64,000 nt of DNA. Source: an uncultured Pseudomonadales bacterium. GTDB lineage: Bacteria; Pseudomonadota; Gammaproteobacteria; Pseudomonadales; CAZYQX01. How positions within the stretch are numbered: the first letter of the stretch is position 1; every line of letters starts with the position of its first letter. The notes beneath the pieces were generated by a model. It did no database searches. It saw only the letters and a list, made by a program, of their open reading frames with translations, and was not told where the DNA came from. The stretch is from assembly GCA_964649985.1 (NCBI GenBank), contig CAZYQX010000014.1, positions 6,124-70,123 of the forward strand. The letters are read 5' to 3'. Below are positions 26,479 through 33,718 of this stretch, piece after piece. The translations under genes and the position numbers were made by a program.

Positions 26479-26723
26479 CAAAAACTTCTCAGGCCATCGC
26501 TGAAAACACCATGATCGTCTACGTGATTGTTGTATGCCTCGATGGCTTCCTGGTTTTGCCGTTTCCAATCTTCCCGTTGTTTCGCGCGAATTTGTTCAAC
26601 TAGCGCTTGCTCAAGGGCGGCGGATAGATTGATCTCTAGTGCGCGCGCCTTCTTTAATAAGTCACTGTTTATGCTGAGATTTGTCGCACGCTTTGGGGCG
26701 TTTAGATCGTATATTGCAAGCAT
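26478..26723 (-). CDS. ccdA: Type II antitoxin CcdA
   Basis: 81 aa. KRATNLSINSDLLKKARALEINLSAALEQALVEQIR..W..N..AI..YN is the CcdA family pattern. Its position is upstream of and overlapping ccdB. Confidence 0.8.
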   Translation of the reverse strand: MLAIYDLNAPKRATNLSINSDLLKKARALEINLSAALEQALVEQIRAKQREDWKRQNQEAIEAYNNHVDDHGVFSDGLRSF

Positions 26724-26828
26724 TGGGCTGCCCTCTATCTTCGATGCGTATAGCGTATGCGCATGGGGTCTGCGGGTCAAATGGGCGCTTAACAAAAAGG
26801 ACGCCTCCCTTGTGCTATAGCGCGCGCA

Positions 26829-26975
26829 TAGGTGGGGTCCAGACCCGACATTTATCCCCAGGTGGCACTGGCCGCAAATTGCGGGCTTCTGCTATGGCAT
26901 TCTCTTGCGTCGTCCCGCGTGCCAGTTAAGCTGGGCTCAGGTTTCATAAATGTCGGGTCTCGACCCGACGCATCT
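26829..26975. repeat. Inverted doublet of a second REP family (ATAAATGTCGGGTCTNGACCCNAC), REPIN-like
   Basis: The left copy taggtggggtccagacccgacatttatcc is the reverse complement of ggATAAATGTCGGGTCTGGACCCCAC. The right copy is tcATAAATGTCGGGTCTCGACCCGACgc. About 90 bp lie between them. Confidence 0.75.
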
Positions 26976-27067
26976 GCTCATCGAGCAGACAGCCCGCACA
27001 ACACCGCCAAGCAATCTGCCCCAGCTGCTAAAATCCCCACCCCACATCGCAAACGGTTGATCTCGCC

Positions 27068-27784
27068 ATGAGTCGCACAAAATGGATTGCAGGTGTTGGC
27101 CTGGCGCTGGTCATGGCCGGCGGTGGCTTGGTCTACAACACCTTTTTCACCGCCCCCGCATCGCAAGCACTGCCGTTGCCGCAGGCTCTGGTATCCCTCG
27201 ATAGCCCGGCCGGGCAGGCGCTGCTGGCCATGAGTGAGTCAAAGCAGGATTTCGAACAGTTACAGGCCGTGTTGCCCGCGCAGTCGCGCATGGCGTTTTG
27301 TGGCGTGGCAACGCTGCTGGGGGTACAGAACGCCGCCCTCAAGCCCCAGGGCGAAAGCTACGACCAGCAGACACTGTTTGCCTCCCCGGCGGGGCAGGTT
27401 AAATCGTCGCTTGCCGTGAGTTTTCAGGGCATTAATCTGAATGAATTGGCGCAGATGTTCAGCGCACTCGGCTACCAGGTGCAGCGCACGCCGGTGAACG
27501 CCGAGACCTCGCTGGCGCGCTTCAGAGCGGAGCTAAAAGCGAGCCTCGCCGATGGCACATCGTTTGTCGTGGTGAACTATGCGCGCGGGGTGTTGGGCCA
27601 GGCGGGCATGGGCCACATCTCACCGATTGGCGCCTACAACGCGGTGGAAGACAAGGTACTGGTCATGGATGTGGCCAAACACAAATACCCCTACACGTGG
27701 GTGCCGCTGAACAGCCTGTGGCAGGCGATGAACACCCAGGGCGACGACGGTGTGGCACGCGGCTACATCATCGCGACGCGCTAG
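27068..27784 (+). CDS. Phytochelatin-synthase-like (papain-fold C83) protein with N-terminal signal/anchor
   Basis: 238 aa. N-terminal hydrophobic segment WIAGVGLALVMAGGGLV. Candidate catalytic triad contexts MAFCGVATL (Cys), GHISPIGAYN (His), LVMDVA (Asp). Confidence 0.7.
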   Translation: MSRTKWIAGVGLALVMAGGGLVYNTFFTAPASQALPLPQALVSLDSPAGQALLAMSESKQDFEQLQAVLPAQSRMAFCGVATLLGVQNAALKPQGESYDQQTLFASPAGQVKSSLAVSFQGINLNELAQMFSALGYQVQRTPVNAETSLARFRAELKASLADGTSFVVVNYARGVLGQAGMGHISPIGAYNAVEDKVLVMDVAKHKYPYTWVPLNSLWQAMNTQGDDGVARGYIIATR

Positions 27785-27996
27785 CGGCAGGGGGGCAATA
27801 GGCTAAGGGCATTGCGCTGCATGGTCGGTGAGTTTCTCGGCGTGGTTAACCGAGAGGAGCAGAGAGGAACAAAAGGACACCCAAGTTGTTTGTTTTATAG
27901 CCAGATTTTGGTGGGGGAATAAGCAAGGGGCATTGCGCCGAGTGGCTGGTTAGACTGACTACTGCGACCAAGAATACGCGCCGCCACTTGCAGCGC

Positions 27997-28266
27997 GGTG
28001 CTGTTTCCCCCCTTAAAGTGAGCCGAGGAGCGGAGGCCGGGCGCGGAAAAAGGGCGAGGACTGTTTGAGCGTAGCCGTAGGCGGAGCGAGTTCCGCAGCC
28101 CCCGCGAACGGCTGAGCACCGCAGGTTACCCCGGCTGCGCAGCAGCCGGGGGCGAACGTCCAGGGGGCGCGGGGGAGTCCAGAGGGGCGCCGCGCAGCGC
28201 CCTTCTGGGGCCAGTCCGGCCCGAGGACAGCGAGGCTAAATCGAGAGATGCGCTCGTCGGTCAGCA
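27997..28266 (+). repeat. Long structured repeat, copy B
   Basis: See copy A. The 3' 110 bp is nearly identical (28150-28266 vs 25733-25840). It contains a perfect 10-bp hairpin ccccggctgc-gca-gcagccgggg where copy A has an imperfect one. Confidence 0.85.
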
Positions 28267-28327
28267 TTTAACCTGATTAAACTATTTCACCCGCGCCCAA
28301 TCAAACGCCTCGACCCTCACGGCAGAA

Positions 28328-28352
28328 GGGGCCAGTCCGGCCCGAGGACAGC
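28328..28352 (+). repeat. Direct copy of 25-nt core GGGGCCAGTCCGGCCCGAGGACAGC
   Basis: Identical 25-mer to 25781-25805 and 28207-28231. Confidence 0.85.
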
Positions 28353-28428
28353 AGGCTTAAATCAATTCGCCAAACTTATCGGTTGGCTGGCGCTAAAGGC
28401 TATTGGAATAAGTTGGGCTTGCCCCTCT

Positions 28429-28453
28429 GGGGCCAGTCCGGCCCGAGGACAGC
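28429..28453 (+). repeat. Direct copy of 25-nt core GGGGCCAGTCCGGCCCGAGGACAGC
   Basis: Identical 25-mer, the third copy in the tandem series at the right side of the island. Confidence 0.85.
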
Positions 28454-28549
28454 AAGGGTGATCTGCGTACTAATGTTATCGAGATCTGGTTGAGCAATAC
28501 GAAGTGACTCGGTAGCCCTCGCAGCCAAAACAGATGATGAAACGGCTGG

Positions 28550-28591
28550 AAACACCACCCCCACCCTAGCCCTCCCCCTGAGGGGGGAGGG
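28550..28591 (+). repeat. REP-like hairpin element (PEGEG family), forward copy
   Basis: aaacaccacccccaccctagCCCTCCCCCTGAGGGGGGAGGG. It lies at the right border of the island, inverted relative to 23139-23180. Confidence 0.8.
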
Positions 28592-28611
28592 AATTGCAGA
28601 GAGCGAGGGGC

Positions 28612-29847
28612 TCAGCCCCCCAGCAACTCCCGCGCAAACTGAATCTGCTTCGGCAAGCAAATGCGCTTCAGATCGTAGTTTTCCACCACGTGCTGGCGCG
28701 CCCGCTGGCGCATGTCCTGGTAGCGCTCCGGTTCCGCCAGGGCGCTCACCACCCGTTCGCTGAAGCCCTTCTGATCAAAGAAATCGAACAGCAGGCCGGT
28801 CTTGCCGTCTTCCATCGCTTCCAGCACCGGCGGGGTGGAGGAGGCGATCACGGTGCATTCGGCGGCCATGGACTCCAGCAACGACCAGGACAGCACGAAG
28901 GGGTAGGTGAAATAGGCGTGGGCGCGGGACACCTGCAGTACGCGCAGGTAGTCGGCGTAGGGCAGCTTGCCGAGGAAGTGCACGCGGTTCAGGTCTAGTT
29001 TGTCGCCGACCTCTTTCAGCAGGGCGATTTTCCAGTTCTCGGCGTCCTTGGGCTTGCGGCCGTAGCTGACGTCTTCACCGCCAATGATCAGGGTGTGGGC
29101 TTCGGGGCGCTGGCGCTGGATTTCGGGCAGGGCGCGCATGAACACGTGGAAGCCCCGGTGGGGCTCCAGGTTGCGGTTGACCAGGGTGAGCACCTCGTGC
29201 TGCCGGGTCAGTTGCACGCCACTGGGTGTGGTGAAGCTGGCGTTGGCGTCGGGCACCACCACATCGGTGTCGATGCCTTCGTGGATGACCTGGATGCGCG
29301 GCTGATATTCCTCCGGGAACAGACTGCGCTGCCACTGAGTCGGGCTCCAGCCGCGATCGACGCCGGTCCAACTCAGTAGGTGGGTGGCGTTGCGGGTGCG
29401 CAGGCGGAAGCGGTCGTCGAACTGCAGCGGGAACTCGGGGTCGTAGCCGGCGTCTCCGCCCTCGGCGTGGTAGTAGTATTCGAAGTAGCCGACGATGCGG
29501 GCCTCGGGGAAGATGTCGCGCAGGTAGAGGGCTTCACCCCAGCCGGCGTGGGCGAAGATCACCGAGGGTTTGAAGCCCTGTTTCTTGAGGTCCTGGCACA
29601 GCCTCACCACCGCCTGGCCGCGCAGCACGTTTTCTTCCAGCCCGCGCAGGTAGTGATGGGTTTGTGGGGCGGCGGCGCGCGGCATTTCATAGCCGACCAG
29701 CTTGACCCCTTGGGTCATGGCTTGTTGGCGCAGTACGTTCTGCTTTTCGCCAATGCCTACCACCACGTTTTTACTGTTTTGGGCCAGGTAGGTGGCGAGG
29801 TGGCGGAACTGGCCGGGGAAATTCTGGTGGAGAAACAGTATGTGCAT
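28612..29847 (-). CDS. Glycosyltransferase family 4 (GT-B fold)
   Basis: MHILFLHQNFPGQFRHL N-terminus. C-terminal GT4 pattern FVLSWSLLESMAAECTVIASSTPPVLEAMEDGKTGLLFDF (E-x7-E-like). Confidence 0.75.
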   Translation of the reverse strand: MHILFLHQNFPGQFRHLATYLAQNSKNVVVGIGEKQNVLRQQAMTQGVKLVGYEMPRAAAPQTHHYLRGLEENVLRGQAVVRLCQDLKKQGFKPSVIFAHAGWGEALYLRDIFPEARIVGYFEYYYHAEGGDAGYDPEFPLQFDDRFRLRTRNATHLLSWTGVDRGWSPTQWQRSLFPEEYQPRIQVIHEGIDTDVVVPDANASFTTPSGVQLTRQHEVLTLVNRNLEPHRGFHVFMRALPEIQRQRPEAHTLIIGGEDVSYGRKPKDAENWKIALLKEVGDKLDLNRVHFLGKLPYADYLRVLQVSRAHAYFTYPFVLSWSLLESMAAECTVIASSTPPVLEAMEDGKTGLLFDFFDQKGFSERVVSALAEPERYQDMRQRARQHVVENYDLKRICLPKQIQFARELLGG

Positions 29848-29967
29848 GCTACATCCATGAACAGGACATGCCCCAGGCAACTGCGCGCGGGCTTTGTTAT
29901 TGGACGTGCATCATAGCAAGGATGGGGCAGGAATGCCCCCGCATCGGGCGATGCGGGGGCGGGGTCT

Positions 29968-31125
29968 TCAGTCGATGAAGTGGGCCGCCAGGGGCGGGAA
30001 GCCGTTGAATTCCACCGAGCTGTAGCTGGTGGTGTAGGCGCCGGTGGCCAGCCAGTAGAGCTTGTCGCCGGCTTCCAGCGACAGCGGCAACATCACCATT
30101 TGGTCTTCGTACATGATGTCCATGCTGTCGCAGGTGGGGCCGGCGATCACACATTCTTCCAACTCGCCGTCGCGCTCGCTTACCAGCGGGTAGCGGATGG
30201 CTTCGCCCAGGGTTTCGATCAGGCCGCCGAACAGGCCGACATCGGCGAATACCCAGCGGTTCACCGCGTCGCGGGATTTGCGGGAGACCAGGATGACCTC
30301 GCTCACCAACACGCCGGCATCACCTACCAGGGAGCGACCGGGCTCCAGCACGATGCGCGGTTGCTTGTCACCGAAATCTTCTTCCAGATAGCGGATGATC
30401 TGGCGGGCGTAGTGATCCAGGTCGTGGGTCTTGTTGTCGTAGTTGGCCGGCAGGCCGCCGCCGAGGTTGAGCAGCTCGATCTGGATGTCGTGGGCCTTGA
30501 GTCGGTCGGCGATGAACTTGCACTTGGCAATGGCCGCATCCCAGGCAGAGGTTTCACGCTGCTGTGAGCCCACGTGGAAGGAGATGCCCATGGGGCGCAG
30601 GCCCAGCTCCTTGGCCAGCACCATCAGTTCGATGGCCATATCGGGCTGGCAGCCAAATTTGCGCGACAGCGGCCAGTCGGCGGTTTCGGAGCCCTCGGTG
30701 AGGATGCGAATGAACACATCGGCGCCCGGGGCGTTTTCGGCCAGGCTGCGGATGTCCATTTCGGAGTCCGAGGCAAACAGGCGCACGCCTTTCTCGAAGC
30801 AGTAGCGTACGTGGGCACCCTTCTTGATGGTGTTGCCAAAGCTCACTCGGTCGGCGGGCACGCCCAGCTCCAGCAGCTTGTCCAGCTCGTAGATGGAGGC
30901 GACGTCGAAGCTGCTGCCCAGGTCGCGCAGGCGGCTGAGCACTTCGTTGGCGGGGTTGGCCTTGACCGCGTAGTAGATACCGGCGCCGGGGAAGATGTCT
31001 TCCATCAGGCGGTAGTTTTCTTCGATCTTGCCCAGGCTGACCGCGAGAAAGGGCGTGGGCTGGCTGTGGGCCAGAGCCTTGATGCGGGCCGAGGTGTCGG
31101 CGTCAAAATAGTCGCTGAAGTCCAT
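29968..31125 (-). CDS. Type III PLP-dependent Orn/Lys/Arg decarboxylase (eukaryote-type ODC fold)
   Basis: PLP-Lys context YYAVKANP, SFHVGSQQ, NLGGGLP, and C-terminal beta-barrel AGPTCDSMD. Confidence 0.85.
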   Translation of the reverse strand: MDFSDYFDADTSARIKALAHSQPTPFLAVSLGKIEENYRLMEDIFPGAGIYYAVKANPANEVLSRLRDLGSSFDVASIYELDKLLELGVPADRVSFGNTIKKGAHVRYCFEKGVRLFASDSEMDIRSLAENAPGADVFIRILTEGSETADWPLSRKFGCQPDMAIELMVLAKELGLRPMGISFHVGSQQRETSAWDAAIAKCKFIADRLKAHDIQIELLNLGGGLPANYDNKTHDLDHYARQIIRYLEEDFGDKQPRIVLEPGRSLVGDAGVLVSEVILVSRKSRDAVNRWVFADVGLFGGLIETLGEAIRYPLVSERDGELEECVIAGPTCDSMDIMYEDQMVMLPLSLEAGDKLYWLATGAYTTSYSSVEFNGFPPLAAHFID

Positions 31126-31239
31126 GATGGATCCTCCCCGCGAGGCTGGCTGAATGGCCGCGTATTTTAGCAACAGGGGCGCGGGCTTACATGCGATTTT
31201 GCGTGAATTTTGCGCTGTCTTGAGCCGGGGCTGGGGCGT

Positions 31240-33081
31240 TCACAGGGCGGTGGGGGGGAGCGGGCAATCCAGGGCCAGGGCCACGGCACGCATCAGCTCC
31301 TGTGCTTCTGGGCCGTCAGCTAAGCATGACAGACAGGCTTTGAGCAGCAAGGGGCGCTGGAGTGGCTGGAGTTGCCGCAGTTGCTCCAGGGCTGCGCTGA
31401 ACATGGGCAGGTCGATAACCCGGCGAGGGAGAGGAATATCCTGCCCGAGGTGTTGTTCCGCGCGCTCAAATGCTTCCAGCACGGCATCGCCTTCGCGGCG
31501 AAAATGGGCCAGGAAACTGAGCAGCACGCCTATTGCGGGGGCCAAACTTTGCAGGGAGCGTTGGCTGCGGATGCGTTTTATTGCGTTGCAGAGTGGGTAT
31601 AGCGTGAGTTGGTAGACCAGCCACTCCGAGAGGTCGGTTGTGCCATCCGCGTCGATCAGTTGGCGGGCAAGGGTCTGCAGCGCTGCGCGTTGGGTGGGGC
31701 TGGCGTCGTGCAGGGTGGGGATGAGGAGTTCCAGCAGCGGCAACCTGTGTGCTGGTGTTAACGCCTCCAGTGCCGGCAGCACGGCCATGAGCCATGGGCT
31801 GAGATCAGGCCAACTGTGGTGTATCGCGTCGAGCTGTTGTTGGCGCAAGCGCGCATCGGCTGACAATAACAGCGCCACCACAATGGACATGGCCCCATCC
31901 AGTGCCGTGGCGGCGTGCTGGAGTTGGGGCGGGAGTTGTTGCAGCGCAGTGCGGGCGTGTTCGATGGCGTCTGCGGCGTGGTCATGCGAGGTGGCGTTGG
32001 GCGTCAGCGTGCTCAGCTCGCTATCGCGCAAGGTGTCTTGGGGGGCGGGGTCGGGGAAATGCCCATCCCACTCGGGTTCCAGGCGCCTGATGCGTTCATC
32101 GAGGGGCGGATGTGTTGCAAACAACCGCTGAGGGTGCGCGAACATGCTGCCGAAAAACAGATGGCTGTAGCAGTCTGCGTTGCGATGCTGCATCTGGGAG
32201 CCGCAGTGTGCGTTGCCGATGCGCTTCAGTGCATTGGCGATGCCTGTGGGATTGCGGGTGAATTGCACCGCTGAGGCGTCGGCCAGGAATTCACGCTCGC
32301 GGCTGACGGCGGCCTTTATCAGCCGGCCCACCAGCATGCCAATGGCTCCCAGTGCCATTAGGCCGATGCCGAGCAGGGCCAATAACAATTTCGCCCGTGC
32401 GCTGTCTTTGCCGTGGGAACTCACTTCGTTGGCCATGCGCAATGCAATGCGACCACTCAGGTAAATGAAGAGAATGCCGTGCAGCAGGGACAACAGTTGT
32501 GTGTTCAGCCGCATGTCACCATTGTGGATGTGGCTAAATTCATGGCCGATCACGCCCTGAAGTTCATCGCGGTTAAGCTGCTCAAGGGCGCCTCGCGTAA
32601 CGCCGATCACGGCGTCGTGCAGGGTGTAACCTGCGGCAAAGGCGTTGATGCCCGGCTCATCCATGAGGTAGACCGCCGGCACGGGCGTGCCGGAGGCAAT
32701 GGCCATTTCTTCCACGATGTTGAGCAGGCGCCGTTCCAGCGGGGAGGCGAGCCCGGGGTGCAAGCGGGTGCCGCCCAGGGATTCAGCCACTACGCGACCT
32801 CCTCGGCGGAGCTGGTACCACTTGTATAGTGTGATGCTCGCGATGCCACTGATGACAACGGCACTGGTGAGCAGGAATTGCCAGGGCTGGACTTTCATCA
32901 GCGCGTGGTGGACGGGGTGCGGGCTTGCTATACCGCCCTGCAGCAATTCTGCCCCCTGTAAAAAAACCACCAGCAATAGGTTGGTGGCCACTAGAAGCGC
33001 CACGATGGCCAGACAGAACAACAGCATCAATAGGCGCGTTGAGCGCCGGGCGCTCTCCTGTTGTTCAAAGAAGTTGAGCAT
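31240..33081 (-). CDS. M48-family (HtpX-like) membrane metallopeptidase with ~280-aa unassigned helical C-terminal domain
   Basis: 613 aa. N-terminal TM helices, IGHEFSHIHNGD (HExxH), further TM helices, then a Leu/Ala-rich C-terminal region that I cannot assign. Confidence 0.75.
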   Translation of the reverse strand: MLNFFEQQESARRSTRLLMLLFCLAIVALLVATNLLLVVFLQGAELLQGGIASPHPVHHALMKVQPWQFLLTSAVVISGIASITLYKWYQLRRGGRVVAESLGGTRLHPGLASPLERRLLNIVEEMAIASGTPVPAVYLMDEPGINAFAAGYTLHDAVIGVTRGALEQLNRDELQGVIGHEFSHIHNGDMRLNTQLLSLLHGILFIYLSGRIALRMANEVSSHGKDSARAKLLLALLGIGLMALGAIGMLVGRLIKAAVSREREFLADASAVQFTRNPTGIANALKRIGNAHCGSQMQHRNADCYSHLFFGSMFAHPQRLFATHPPLDERIRRLEPEWDGHFPDPAPQDTLRDSELSTLTPNATSHDHAADAIEHARTALQQLPPQLQHAATALDGAMSIVVALLLSADARLRQQQLDAIHHSWPDLSPWLMAVLPALEALTPAHRLPLLELLIPTLHDASPTQRAALQTLARQLIDADGTTDLSEWLVYQLTLYPLCNAIKRIRSQRSLQSLAPAIGVLLSFLAHFRREGDAVLEAFERAEQHLGQDIPLPRRVIDLPMFSAALEQLRQLQPLQRPLLLKACLSCLADGPEAQELMRAVALALDCPLPPTAL

Positions 33082-33087
33082 GGGCTA

Positions 33088-33681
33088 TCAGAAACTGACC
33101 TTGGGGGCCGCCTGCAGGTTTGCCCGTTCGGGGAGGTCAAGTAGCGCGGCATCCCGAGCGTGGCCGAAAGAGGCGGCGAAGAGTGCGGCGGGAAAGCTTT
33201 GTCGGAAGGTGTTGTATTCCGTTACCGCGTCGTTGAAGGCCTGACGGGCGAAGGCGACCTTGTTCTCGCTGGAGGTGAGCTCTTCGGAGAGTTGCTGCAT
33301 GGTGCTGTTGGCTTTGAGGTCGGGGTAGGCCTCCATCACGACATTGAATTGCCCCATGGCGCGCCCGAGTGCGGCCTCTGCTGAGCCCAGCGCAGAGGTG
33401 GCCGCGTCGTCACCCGGGTTGATCTTCATGCGGTCTAGCCCGGCCAGGGCCTGATTGCGCGCGGCGATGACGGCTTCCAGCGTCTCCCGCTCGTGGGTGA
33501 GGTAGGCCTTGGCGGTTTCCACCAGATTGGGGATGAGATCGTAACGCCGGCGCAGCTGCACATCGATTTGGGCAAAGGCGTTCTGGTAGCGGTTTTTGAG
33601 CGCGACCAAGCGGTTGTATAGATATATGACCAGCCCCACGCATAGGGCCAGGATGATGAGCAGAATGCCTAGGCTATCCAT
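33088..33681 (-). CDS. LemA family protein
   Basis: 197 aa. N-terminal TM, then YNRLVALKNRYQNAFAQIDVQLRRRYDLIPNLVETAK..ERETL, the LemA signature. Its stop is 6 nt before the M48 start. Confidence 0.85.
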   Translation of the reverse strand: MDSLGILLIILALCVGLVIYLYNRLVALKNRYQNAFAQIDVQLRRRYDLIPNLVETAKAYLTHERETLEAVIAARNQALAGLDRMKINPGDDAATSALGSAEAALGRAMGQFNVVMEAYPDLKANSTMQQLSEELTSSENKVAFARQAFNDAVTEYNTFRQSFPAALFAASFGHARDAALLDLPERANLQAAPKVSF

Positions 33682-33718
33682 GTGGTCTGTTCCATGTTGT
33701 TTGTTTTGCCATTCTGGA

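Noticed and set aside
25781-28453. A CRISPR array formed by the 25-nt GGGGCCAGTCCGGCCCGAGGACAGC direct repeats.
   Set aside because: Spacings are about 100-135 bp and irregular. Homology extends well beyond the 25-mer into the putative spacers. The copies lie in two loci 2.4 kb apart, and there are no cas genes or leader.
25411-28470. Integron gene cassettes with attC sites: cargo ORFs followed by conserved repeats, a TA cassette, and GTTAGAC after the first unit.
   Set aside because: The repeat is not an imperfect palindrome with complementary R''/L'' and L'/R' boxes, because ggtcag recurs as a direct rather than inverted repeat. GTTRRRY is present after only one of five units. The units of 270-450 bp are far longer than attC, and no intI/attI is in the window.
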